Origin: Monocercomonoides exilis PA203
Taxonomy: Eukaryota; Protista; Preaxostyla
NCBI GenBank assembly: GCA_001643675.2
Contig: LSRY02000039.1
Span: forward strand, 372,001-436,000
Direction of reading: 5' to 3'
DNA length: 64,000 bases
Each line of letters begins with the position of its first letter. The stretch's first letter is position 1. Both the position numbers and the translations under genes were made by a program. Shown piece after piece: positions 36,101-49,400 of the stretch. The notes under the pieces are model-generated. The model did not search any database. It was not told the DNA's origin and was given only the letters and a program-made list of their open reading frames with translations.

Positions 36101-37454
36101 TGATCATCATGAAAACAAAGAGCAAAAGACAGATGAAAAAGAGAAAGAGAAAGAGAACGAAGAAGACAAAGACAAACAAAATAAACCCAAAGAAGAGGAA
36201 GAATCAAAGAGAATACAAGCCATCCAATCGCCACTGACAGCTCTTTCTCTTTCTTTATCCTCTTCTGCTTCTTCTCTTTCTGCTCTGCCTCCGCCTCCTC
36301 CTTCATCCTTTGCAAAGCCTCTGCTTCATCAAACAGGAAACACACTTTCACATTCAGGGCAGGGTGACACTGAATCTTCTTCAAATACAACTTCTTCCTC
36401 TTCCTCTTCTTCCTCTTCTTTTCATAATGTAACCAATGCATCTCATTTTTCTCTTCCTCCCCCACCCACAATTTCTGAGAAAGAAAGAAGAAGACTGCTG
36501 AGAACACAGAACAAGTCTATTGCCATTGCAAAGCTAAGCAAAGAGATAGAAGAATGGAAGAAAAAAAGAGAAGAAAAAAAGAAAGAAGAAAAAGAGCAGA
36601 AGGAGGAAGAGGCGAAGATGAAGAAAGATGAGAACGAAAGAAGGCGAAAGCGGACGGAAGACGAAGAGATTCGTTCTTTAGATAGAATTAATCGGCTTTT
36701 GGATGTGGCTGAAGCATTCATCACACTTCCTGTTGAAGACGACGAAAGAGAAGAAATTCTGTTTGAAAGAGAAGAATTGAAGGGAGAAAAGGAGAAATTG
36801 AGAAGTTTGGTGGAAGAAGAGAAAGAGAAAGAGAAAGAGAAAGAGCAAATTGATGAAGAAATTGCTTGCTCACTTAGGAAAATTCAGTCATCTCCTCTTT
36901 CTTCTTCTTCATTTTCCTCTTCCTCTTCTTTCTCTTTGTCTCATTCTCAAAGCACACTTTTCTCAAAGCAATGGAAAAACGACCCATCAAATTTCATTCT
37001 TTCTCGCTTCTTTCGATACACTTCTCATTTTGCTCCATTTTTCAGTGATTTGTTGGGCAGAATGGAAACCTCTTTTCAGGCTTATTCTCAAAATTCGAAT
37101 GAAAATGCAACTTTTTCTGATGCAATTTCATCAACCACTGAATCTATTTCTTCATCTTCCTTATCTTCTACTTCTCTTTCATCATCTTCATCATCATCTT
37201 CTTCTTCCTCCTCCTCCATCTTCCTCCAATCCCTCATCCACCACCACCACTCCCGCTGGGGCCATATCGCAAACAAACAGCTTTCCCCGCCGTTTTTGGC
37301 TGCTTTTGCGTCTTCTTCTCTTTCTGCGCCTGTTTCTTCAGCGGGGGCAGTCGTGTCTGACTCGCCGATGTTGCATCTGGCAGCACTCTGGGAGATTGCA
37401 GTGGATGGGGATTTCTTGTATGGATGGAAGGGGAAAGAGGAGGAAGAGGAGGAA

Positions 37455-37489
<35 letters not shown>

Positions 37490-40400
37490 TAAAGATAAAG
37501 ATAAAGATAAAGAAGAAGAAGAAGAGAAAGAGAAAGGAAAAGAAGGAAAAGAAGAATGCACAGAAATTTCTTTGAAAAGCAATAAAGAAATGAAATTATG
37601 CTTCGTGTCATCATCATCATCATTTTCTTCTTCTTCTTCTTCTTCTTCAAATTTACCTATCCTAATCTCATCCACCTTTTACGGCCCGCTTCTTCTTCAG
37701 CACCATCTTCTGAAGCGCTTCATGCGACTCTTAAAACGAGACATCAACTTCTTTTCAATCAACTTCAAGAACAACTCGCTTTCAATTCTGCTATCTCGCT
37801 TCTCTTCTCTCCATCCGTCTCTTCAGGACTGCTGTGCTGAGCTTCTCAGCCATTTGTTCTCTGCTTCTGTGTCTGTTTGCGCGGCTGATGCGGTTTTGAG
37901 ACACGGCTTGGCTTTTCCGATGATTAATGGCCCATTGAAAGTGGTTGTGGATTGTCTGAATCCGTTCTGGAGAGGGAGAAGAGGATGGGGCGGAAGAGAA
38001 AGAGGAAGAGGAAATGGAAGAAAAGAGAATAAGAAAGAGGAAGATGATAAAAATGAAGATGATGAAAGTGCAATTGTTCCATCAACAACAACTGCTCAAC
38101 TTATCGAAATTGGAGAGAAGCTTTGCGAGAAAGAGAAAGAGAAGGAGAAAGAGAAGGAAAAATCTTCATCTGAATTATCTCAACAATCACCTTCTCCTCA
38201 AAACACACCAACAGATCCGCTTATATTCACACCAGAAACCCCAACCCCTTCAACCATCAAGAAAGTTCTTCAATCCATCAAAAACCTGTGCAATCTGTCT
38301 TCTTCTTCCTCTTCCTCTTCCTTTTCTTCTTCTTCTTCTTCCAGTTATTCTTCTCCATTGAAATTCTCTTCTCAAACATCTGCTTTTGCTTCTCTTCCAG
38401 ACGCTGAGGCAAAATTAGCGTCGAATCTGAAAAGCGCTGCGGTTGTGGAAAGATTAACATCTCTTCTTGGACTGCTGGCATTGCTGTGTGCAGGGGTGGG
38501 AATGGATGAAGAAGATGAAGAAGAAACGGAGAATGAGATGGGAGATGAAGAAGGAGAAGAAGAAGGAGAAGAAGGAGAAAAAGAAAGTGAAGGAGAAAGA
38601 GAGAAGAAGGGAAAGAAAGAGAAAGAAGACAAAAAGAAGGAGGAGGAAATGAAAAATAGAGAAAGAGAAGAAGAAACGAGCAAAGACACCTTACCAACAT
38701 CATTTATTTCATCTTCTTCCGATTCAACTCCTTCTTCTTTCTCATCATCATCATCATCATCAACTTCTTCTTCTTCTTCTTCTTCTGTTGATTCATCACT
38801 TTCCTCTTCCTCTTCTCCTCCTCCTGTTTTTTACCTCCCATCTCAAATTCCTCCTTCATCTTTTTTCCTTTCTGAAGCAAAAGTTCTCTGTCGCATTGTT
38901 CGCTCGCTGCCTTTTGATCTGTCTGCTCCATCTTCACCTTACTTGAGATATCTGGTTAACATATTCATCACTCCATCAAAGAACAGCTCTTTTTGTTTTG
39001 ATTCGCATAATCAGAGAAATAAATCAATGAATCTTGTTTCAAATTCTTCTTCTTCTGTTTCTTCTTCCTCCTCCTCCTTCTCTTCATTCACTTCCTCTCC
39101 TCTTCCATCTTCTTTGTCCCTTTCCTCTTCTTCCCTCTCCTCCCTCCCTCACCTCCCTCACCTCCAGCCTCACTCCCTTTCTCTCCTCTCTCTCACCCGC
39201 CACCTTCTTTCCATTGCTCCTCTTCGTGAGTGGATGTCCTTGGTCTCTCCTCTTGTCTCAACGCTCGTCTCTGTCTGCCAGCTGTCTTCGTCTGACTTCA
39301 CAGAAGATGAAACAGCATCATCATCTTCATCAAACGCCCCTTTCAACATCGTCCGCAATCTCCTCATCAACCAGCACGATGTTGTCTTCACCCTCCTTCT
39401 TCTCCACCCGTTTCTGCTGCCTCAGACTTTGGTACTGCTGAAGGCGATGTTCGAATCTGACCCGCTTCAGACGCACACAAACTTGACTCCAGCAATTCTT
39501 GCACTCCATATTGCACCAAGAAGCGTCTGTATTTCATTGCTGATGTTTCTGATGAGCTCTGTCAGGACAACAATGCACCTTCAAAGCGCGTTTGGAAGAG
39601 AAGGGGGGCTGCATGCGGTGCTGCGTGTGCTGGAGAGAGAAGGAGAGTGGTGCGAGAAGAGGAGGAGGAAAGGAGAAGAGGTTAAGCTGATATCAGCAGA
39701 AGAAGAACATGAAGAGAAAGAGAATGGGATGAAGAAAGGAATGAACAACTTTAACAGAAAAGAAGCACCAATTAAAGAAACGGCAGCAGCAGCAACAAAA
39801 ACAGGCTCAATAACATCAGCCATGCTTACCACTTATGCCATCTCTTCTTTCTCCTCCACGCCTTCTGTTCTGTCTGTCGTTCTCTTCTCTCTCCGAACAC
39901 TCACCGCTGCCATCACCTCCCACAAATCCAACAGGCAGTGGCTTTCACACGAGAAAGTCGTCAAAACCATTGCGAAGCTCTTGCTCCGCACGCAAATTCT
40001 GTCTCATCCGCAGGCAGCTGGCCGTGTTGTGACAGCGCTGGTGGAGCTGTCGTGTGAGATCGACTCCACAAGCGAACGGGAAAGGGCAGCCGGCTCTTCG
40101 CGGAGGACAGCCGCGAGGGTGGTGCAGAACGGCTGCGGAGTGTCTGTCATTCTTCATGTGCTGCATTCCCTTGCGGTGGATGTGCAGAGGGAGACGTGGG
40201 AGAAGCTAATTGCACTGAGCAGCCGCAGCTGGAAGAACCGGAGGGCGCTGAGCGGGAATGCAGGAGAAGGGAGTGGAAGTGGCGGAGGGGGAGGTGTTGG
40301 AGGCAGGGTGATGAGGGATGTGATGGCTCTGTTTTTGAGGGAGATGGTTGATGAGAGAGAAGAGATGCATGCCCAGGTGATACAGCTGCTGCAGATATTG

Positions 40401-43400
40401 GGCGAGTACTGGGTGGATGTGGATGATGTGAAGACGGTCTTTGGACTTCTGTTTATGGCACAGATGACACAGCTGAAGGAGATGAAGGAGATTGAAGGAG
40501 AAAGGGGGAAAGATGAAGATGAAGGAGAAGAGAAAGAAAAGGAGAAAAATGTAAGTGATTCTCAATTAAAATCGAGGAGATCAACAACTTATTCCACGCT
40601 CCTTCGATTGTTGCTTTCTTTTGCTCTTTCAACATCATCTTCCTCATCCTCTTCTTCCTCTTCTTCCTCCTCCCCTTCCCCTTCTTCTTCAAACAAATCC
40701 CTCTTCAAGATCTCTTTCCCCCAGCTCCCTTCTCCTCTCCCTCAAACGCCTTCTCCTTCCTCTGTCCGCTTCGACCTCATCGGCAACACCGAAGCCTATC
40801 TCCACCTCGGATACTCAGGCACCCGCTCTTTCCCTCCCACCAGCAGCGGCGGATTCACGCTCTCCTTCTGGATGAAGATCGAAGCGAACGACGGGCTGTC
40901 GAACATTCGGTTGTTTTCGGCAGAGACTCCCGACGAGAAGACGACGTATCAAGTGGAATATGACGCAAAAGGTGGAAGAGTCATCGTGAAGACTGCAGCA
41001 AAAGCAGAAGATCCGCCATTGAACCCAAATTCAGCAGCTTTTTACTCATCTTCACAGGCTATTAGTGTACCGCATGCTTCTTCTTTTTCTTATTCTTCTT
41101 CAACTGCCTCTCCTTCACAGTCATCATCATCTTCTTCTTCCTCTTCTTCCACCGCAACCTCTTCCTCTTCTTCCTCGTCATCAGCACACACCAGCTGCTC
41201 CTTCCCCTTCGTCGCCCAGCTCAATCAATGGCACCATCTGTGCATTGTCCACCACCGCAGCCGCCTCTCCGCCCGATTCAGTTCTGTCCACATGATCATC
41301 GATGGTGTCCCTTATGAGCAGAAGAAGCTGAACTATGTTTCCTCGCCTTCTTCGCAGACGCTCCCTCTTCTCTCCTTCTGGTTTGGGCAGAAGATGAACA
41401 GCATGTCTTATCTTTCTTCTCCTTCTGTCTCTTCAGTCGTTGCAGCACACGGCAGCTCTGTTTGGTGCCTGGGCTCGTGCTTCCTTGTGGAGGAGCCTAT
41501 TTCTTTCATAGCTGCTTCTGCTGTTTATTCGCTGGGCCCGTCTTTTGTTGGCACTTTCTCTTCGTCCACTGTGGGAGAGTATGCATCTTCGTTGGGAAGA
41601 GCTGCTTCTATTCCAATCCCAGGTGATGTGCAGATGCTGGCAGAGAGAGAAGAGGAGGATTTTGGCTGGTGGAGAGTGGAGGAGACGGAAATGCCGCTGC
41701 CGAATGAGCTGATGATGCAGATGAAAAGGGAGATTGTGAAGGAAAACAGAGAGAGAAGGAGAGAAAGTATTGGAAAACAGAATAGAGAAGGTATAAACAG
41801 CTATGCTGCAAAAGGTTATTCTTCTGATGGCACAGGAAGATCGTCAGCTGTCATCACAACTACATCTTCTTCTGTTTTATCGCCTTTCTCTCAAATCTCA
41901 ACTGGCTATTCTTCAGCCTCTTCTCATTCGTCTTCTTTTTCAAGCCAAGCCAAAAATGCACAAAACATCTCGAATTTTGCTATCCCTCCATCCATCCTGT
42001 CTTCATTCTGGGTTTCGCAAGGCGCCCTCTGCTCTTCACATCCTCTTCCACCTTCCTCTTTTCCTTCTCTTTCATCTGCTCCTCACTGTGCTGAGGTTGA
42101 GATTCCCTTCATTGCTCCGCTGGATCGCTTCCTGTTTTTCTTCCACCCTGATCTCAATTCATCACACGAAAGACTTCTTTCTCTGTTGCCGACACTTGGA
42201 ACAGACAGCGGAGGCATCTATACAACAGCTGATGCAAAGCGCTCTTCAGATGCTGAGCACATTAGTGGAAGTGGAAGCGGAATCGGAAGCGGAGGTGGAG
42301 AAAGTGCAAGTACAAGCGCAAGTTCCAGCATTGGTGCTGGTGATGGAGGAGGAAGTGGGAGTGGGAGTGGGAGCGGAAGAGAAGAAGATAGAAATGGCAA
42401 TGCAACAGGGGGCAAACGAGGAGAAAGCAACACAAGTGTCGATGCTGAGGATGGAGACAGAGAGGCACTGATAATCACGAACAACTTGTCGTCCAACAAC
42501 GACAACAAACTGCTGGCCCAGCAGAGTCTTAAAGGCGCAGGGGTCGTTCCATCAGCGTGGGTGCAAGGTGATACCAGCATTTTCACGCCATTCACACTGC
42601 CATCTTCTCTTCTGTCTGTTGCTGATTCGAAAGCTGTGCTCTTTCTGCTGTCGGCTGCTGAAGACAAAGAAAGCTTTGGGCTGGCACTGCGTGTTCTGAT
42701 TGTTTTGTTCTGCTCTTCTCTTCCATTCGCCAATGAGATGGACAAAAACGGCGATTGGCAGCTTTTCACTCACATTGCAGAGCGGCAGAGGCAGTTTTTC
42801 GATTTGGACTCGTTTTCTCTGCTTTTGTCTTCGTTTGGCACACATCGCTTTCTCGCTGCTGATGCTTCGTCTTTGTCTCCACCTCCTCTTTTTTGTTCTT
42901 CTCTGCCTCAATGTTTTACTCAGAGCTGGCCAGTTTTGTTGCATCCTTCAGGCTTTGCTACGATTGCATTTGATCCTCTTCTTATCCTTTCACTTCCTTC
43001 TGCTTATTTCCACCGTCTTCTTCAGTTTATCCATCTTTTGATTCACCCATCAAATCCATACAGATTGTACAACAGAGACAGATTGGTGGAAGTGGCTGCA
43101 TCTTCTCAATTGCTCCACTTGCTTTGCCATTCTTCTTCTTCTTCAACCACGAACAATTCTTCCTATTCCTCTTCCTCTTCCTTTTCTTCTTCTATTTCTA
43201 ATTCAGACTCCTCTTCGCTCTCAGTTGATCGTGCTAGCGTAGATGGCATCTGCACTGTACTTTCTTTCCTTTGGGGCGAAGAATGGAATGGTGTTGATCT
43301 GCAGATGTTGGCTGAGTTTATCATTTCTTTGATCCCTTCGATGTCTTCAAGAGCGGACAAGCTGCATTTGCAAGCTGAGCTCTGGCTGACGCCTGCTTTG

Positions 43401-46400
43401 AAGAGGAATAAATACAACTTGACGCATTCATTCAAACACCTTTTAAACAGAAAAATGCAATCAGTTCCGTTTTCCTTGTCTCCAAACAAGGAAATCTCAA
43501 TTCATTCTCCTTTGCCTCTTCCTCTGATGGATCCTGTTCACAAACTCCACATCCTGCACTCTATGCTCTTGTTTGTTGAATCTCTCCTCATCCAATCTTC
43601 AGAGCCCTCACACTCCACACACAACTTGTCTCTTATCATCACCATCTTTTCCAATCGCATTCTTTCTCTGTTCCATTCTGCCCCTCCTGGCATTGCTCTT
43701 CTTGTGCTCCGTATTTTGGGCCTGATGCTTCTGAAAAACCCGCTTTTTGCTCGTCGCTTCATCCAAATTTCTGGTTTCCAGCAGCTTGCTGTGCTTCTTG
43801 TTCCTTTCTGCTTGTACCCTTCTTTCTACACAGCACTCTTTGCACTTCTTTTGGGAAGAGGCGATGCTCTGGAGTCGAATGTGACAGAAGGAGAGTGGAA
43901 GAGAAAGAAGTATGTGGCATTTGAGAGGGAAGATGAGGGAGATGGATTGAAGAACAAGAATGGAAGATCAAAGGATGGAAAGCAAATGACAAACAATAAG
44001 AAATCAAAGGAAAATAATAATGATATTAACAACGATGAATTCTTTGGAATGAAAAACTATATGTCTTCATCGAGCGATCGCTTCACTTTGCGATATCTTT
44101 TGACCACATCGGCACCTGAATCTGGTTTAGACTCTTCTTTCTCATCCTCTTCCTCCTCCTCATCTTCTTCAGCATCTGATCATGTGCACTTAACACTCGT
44201 GTTCCCACAGGTGCTGCATGTGATTATGCTTCTCTTAGAAACAGCTCATTCTCTTGCACATGTTGGCATTGATAACAAAATCCATTTCCCTTTGAAGCAG
44301 ACACAGTGGCTGAATGGAAATGAAAAAGGACATGGAAATAGATCAGGATGTGATTGTTGTGAAGCAAAGAAGAAATATCAAGAAGGCAAAAAGGAAGAAA
44401 AAGAAAAAGAAAAGGATGTAAATTCAAAGCATCTTCAAAGAAATCAGCAATCAAGTTATTTTTTCCACCAGTTCAATCCCTCTGAGCTATCATTTTTCTC
44501 CTCTTCCTCGTCAGTTGCATTGGGTCTTGCTGGCTTCTGGTCCACTCCTCATCTGAATTCCTGTGTTCCTCCTCTTCCTCCCTCTTCTGAAACAAACTGG
44601 AAAACCGTATTTTTCCCTTGTTTTCCCTCACACATTGTGTCGCATGCTTCTTCTTTGTGTTCTGTTGTGATTGATTCCTTGAGAGGTGTTGCTTTGCTAT
44701 TGGCAGAAGAAGGGCAAGACACAGCTGCTTCTCAAATGTATGAGCTGATGTTGTTCAGACCGATGATTATGATGACTTCTCTGTTGAGCATTCTGTTTGC
44801 ACCGTTTTTGGCAGCAGACGGAGAGTTGGCGAGGGAAGAGGAGAGGAAGGAGATGGAAATGGAAAAGATGATGGCGGAGAAGAAGAAGAGGAGGAGGAGA
44901 AAGAGGACGCATTGTTCAAAAGGAAAGAAGAAGGAAATTAATGAAGGAAATAAAAGCGATATAAGTGAAACACAAAATAAGAAGAAAGGAGAAAGAATGG
45001 AAGAAAGAGAAGAAGAACTGTCTTCTTCTGATTCAGAATCTTCTTCTTCTTCTTCTTCCTCCTCCTCCTCAAATTCTTATTCTTCTACTGCAGCATCTTC
45101 AGATCTTTCTGATTCATTCTCTTCTTTGTGTCTGTCCACATCATCATCACCTTCATTCATTTCTGTTGAGTCAAAGAGAAAGGAAAAGAAAGATAAAGCC
45201 AATGAAACAGAAGGAAATGCAAAGGAAACACAAAATGAGAAACCTGAGGAAATTTCAATGAAAGACCAAACAAAAAAGGTAAATGAACAGGAGAAAGAAG
45301 CCAAAAACGGAAAAATTAATGGAGAAGATACAGAATGTTCAGAAGAAGAAGAAGAAGATGATGATGAAGAGGATTATATCGAACCTGACGAAGGAATAAC
45401 CAATTTGTGCAGTTGTTCTCATTCAGCTTTTGTTTCATTGGATCAATTTGAGCATTCATTAATACCTTCTTCTTATCTTTTCTTTTATCAGCCTCCATTT
45501 CCTATTCATTTTATTCCAAAGAAGTCCATTCACAGAAAAGAAAACAGCTATAACTCTGTATTTAATAGCAAAGATGGATCTTCTGCTGCTTCTTCTCCTT
45601 CATCACCGTCCTCTTCAACATCATCTTCTTCTTCTCTTTCCAACAATTCAGTTCTTTCTGATTCGTCTTCTAAACATGTCCAATCACAATCACCATTTTC
45701 TGATGTTATAAGCTCTTCTCGTCCTTCTGTTTTAGACACTGATGCTGTTTTCAATGCAACTAACCCTGCACTTTCTCCTTCTTCCTCTCCTTTGCCTTCG
45801 CCTTCTCCTTCTCCTTCATCCTCTCCTTTGTCTTCTCCCCACATCCAGCCGTCTTCTTCTCCAGCTCACAACACAATATCTCCTTCTTCTTCATCTCATA
45901 CATCCACAACTTCTCTCTCCTCTTCCTCTTCCTCCTCATTCAAACATTCTTCTCTTCCCCCACCTCCTCCGCCTCCTCCACCTGATGCCATTCTCTCTTC
46001 TGCCCGTCCACTTCATCCTTCTCCAATCATTATGACATCATCATCTTCTTCTTCTTCTAATTCTTCTTCTTCTCATTCTTCTTCTCATTCTTCTTCTTCT
46101 TTTTCACATCATCCTCAATCATTCAGCTCTTCTTCTGTTTCTCTGTCTGAATCTCCCTCTTTCACTTCACAAAACACAGCACAATCTGTCCCTCCTTCAT
46201 TCATCACTTCTTATTTTTCAAATTATTCGACTTCTTCTTCTTCTCCTTCACATTCAATGTCTTCTTTTCATTCCACTTCCAGTTCTGCTTCTTCTTCTTC
46301 CTCTTCTTCCTATACTCATTCTCCTTCTTCTCCTTCTTCCATTCCAGTTGAAAGGCTGAAGAGGAAGAAGCTGTGTGAAGTGAGTGACCTCATCTTCCTT

Positions 46401-49400
46401 CTGATCGAAGAAGCTCTTCTTTTCTCTCTTCGCGTTTCTCCGCCTCGTCATCGTTCTTCTAATTCTTCTTCTTCCCTTTCTTCTTCACTTTCTTCTTCCT
46501 CTTCCTCTTCCCTTTCTTCGTATTCATCACAAAATGATTCTTCATCATCATCAGATGTCACATCAGCTTTAATCTCTTCTTCTTCCTCTTCAATTGTTTC
46601 ATCATCATTATCTTCTTCTTCATCTTCCTCCTCCTCCTCCTCTTCTTCTTCTATTGCTCATCGCCCTTTCTCCTCCCTCTCCTTCCGCGAGCTCTTCCTA
46701 TCCATCTTAAGCAATCTCAATACAAAACTGCCTCCTTCCTTCCGCCGCGACTTCACCGCCACTGTCATTTCCTCTTTTCTTTCGTCTCTTGGCCACTCGC
46801 TTCAGCATCTTTCTTCTCTTTTCACTGCAAACCTCCCTCTCCTCTCGAACTCTGTTGATGCTTTGCACTTCTTCGCATCTGAGTGTTATGCTTCGTCTTT
46901 GCCAGTTGATAGAGAGCAGCTCACAAAAGTCGTGTGCACCATCTCGTTCTTTGTGCAGTCGCTGATGAAGCAGAATTCACCTCTGCGTCTGCACTTCCAG
47001 CCATGGATCAAAAAGGAAGAGGACGAAGGCAGATTAAGTAGGGTGGTGAGAGGAGTAGGGGTTAATTCGAATCATTCTTCTTCTTCTTCTTATTCTTCTT
47101 CTTCTTCTTCTTCGAGTTATTCATTTGAAGATGATGCATCGAATTCTGCTAAGCAGCTGGCTCAAAAGAAGAGATTTTCGTTTTTCTCGTCTTCTTCTTC
47201 GTCAACTGCAGCATCACCTTATCAGCTTTTGTATTCTTCTTCTTTGTCTTCTTCTTCTTCTTCCTCTTCTTCGTCATTCCCTTCATATGTTTGGGACTCT
47301 TCTCCTTCTCCTCACCAGCCTTCACCTTCATCATCATCATCTTCTTCTTCCTCTTCTTCCATTTCTTCTTCTGCTTCTTCTTCTTCTCATTCTACCTCTT
47401 TTCCTCTGATTTCTCCTCCTTCCCATTCGCAGCGCCGCCCGCCTGCTGTCGCAATGAGATGGGGCTCTCTTGTCAATCCTTCGTTCTTTTTCTCTCTGGT
47501 TGATGTGAAGGATATGGGAGATGAGGAGATTGAGGAGGAGGAAGAGGAGGAAGAGGATGAGAAAGAGAAAGAAGATAAAGAGCAAAATAAGAAAGAGGGT
47601 GAGAAAGAAAGAGAAGCTGATAAAGAAAAAGGAAATACAACAAACATCAAAACAGAAACAGCGATAGCAACAACGCAATGTGGTTCTTCTTCAATTTCTT
47701 CGCCAACTTCTTCCCAGCCATCCTCATGCTCATCATATCAATCAGGAACTTCTTCTTCTTCTGGAAGATATCTTCCTCCACCTCCTCCTCCCTCTTCTTC
47801 TCCTCCTTCTCGAATGCCTTCTTCTATTTCTTCTGTGAACTCTCAATCTCCATCACATCCTGTTCCTCCTCCGCCTACAACTTTTCTTCTGAGTGTAGAA
47901 AGGCCTTCAGTTTATTCTTCTTCATCATCAATAAATTCTTCATCATCTTCTTCTTCATCTTCCTTTTCTTATTCTTCTTCATCGTCTTCTTCTTCTTCAA
48001 CATCAAATATTCCGTCAATCAAAGAAACATTTTATTCCCAGCTGCAGACTCTTCTCTTCTACAACCCGCACATCTACCCTCGCCCAAGAGATGCTCAGCC
48101 TGCTCCTCCTCTTCTTTCCTCTCCAAATGTGCTAAAACCAGGTTCTTCATATTCTTCTTCCTCTTCCTCCTCCTCTTCTTCCTCCTCTTCCTCTTCCTCC
48201 TCCAAAGTTCCCCGTCCCGACTCCAAGTCCGCCGACCGCCTCTTCCCTCTTCTTGTCTCCTCCCTTCGCCTGATCGCCCTCTCCCACATTCGAAGCTGTG
48301 TGGCTAACCACAGCTTCTGCCGTGCTGCTGTCGAAGACGTGCTCCGCTCGCTGTATTCGCTCAGATTCCCTCTCTTTGCCTTCTATGCCTCTTCCTCCTC
48401 ATCAGCCGATTTGCCGGCAGTGATGGAAAACAGAATAGAAAATCCGCAGCTCAGCCACGTGGCGGCGTTTGTGACACACCAAATGCGTGTAGAGAAGAAG
48501 AAGATGGACGAATATGCTGCAGAACTGAAAGAGGAGAATAACAATAACAGCAATAACAGTAATAATAATAATAATAGTACTTCATCATTATCATCATTGA
48601 CTTCTTATTCCGCTTCCATCCAGCCTTCACCAAAACGTCGTCAGCCTCCCTTCATCATCGATGAAGTGAGTATTCCCTGGCACATCCCATCCAAAAACAC
48701 CCGCCTTTGGCAGCTGAAAAGCCGAGAAAAGCGACCCGAGCAGAGCGACCTGAGTTTTGTGGCGTCGATTGTGCTGTTTGCGATCTCGGCGTTTGAATTG
48801 CATGGGGCAGACGAGTGGGTGAGGAGGGCTGCTTATTCTCTTCTGTCGTTTGTGACGCTGTGCAGAACGAGCGAAATGTGGCATTTGTTTGTGTTTGCGA
48901 GTGAGAAGGATAAAGAAAGAGACAAAGAGAAGATGAGGGAGAAGGAGAAGGAGAAGGAAAAGGAGAAAGAGAGAGAAAAAGAATTGGAGTTGGAGAGGAA
49001 GAAAGAAAGAGAGCATGAAAAAGCAGCAGAAGCGAAGGAATTTGAGAAGATGGCTCAGAAAAAGATGGATGCCGAAGACGACTGGCTGGATTTCTTAGAC
49101 TCAGAAGTGAAGACTTCATTCTCTGCTTCTCCATCGTTATCTCCATCGCAAGATCTTGGTGCAACTTCATCGCCTTCTTCTTCTACTACTACTAATTCCA
49201 CTCCTTCTGGTCGTTCCTCTCAAACTTCATTTGCATCTTCTTCTTCCTCATCTTCTTCCTCTTCCTCCTCTTCCTCTTCCTTTTTGTCATCAATAGAAGA
49301 AGATCTCACTCACATAGAGAATCTTCCGTCTGCCTCACAAATACTAAACGAAGTGTGTTCTCTGCCCATTTGCCAATACGAGGCATTCAACGAAGGACGA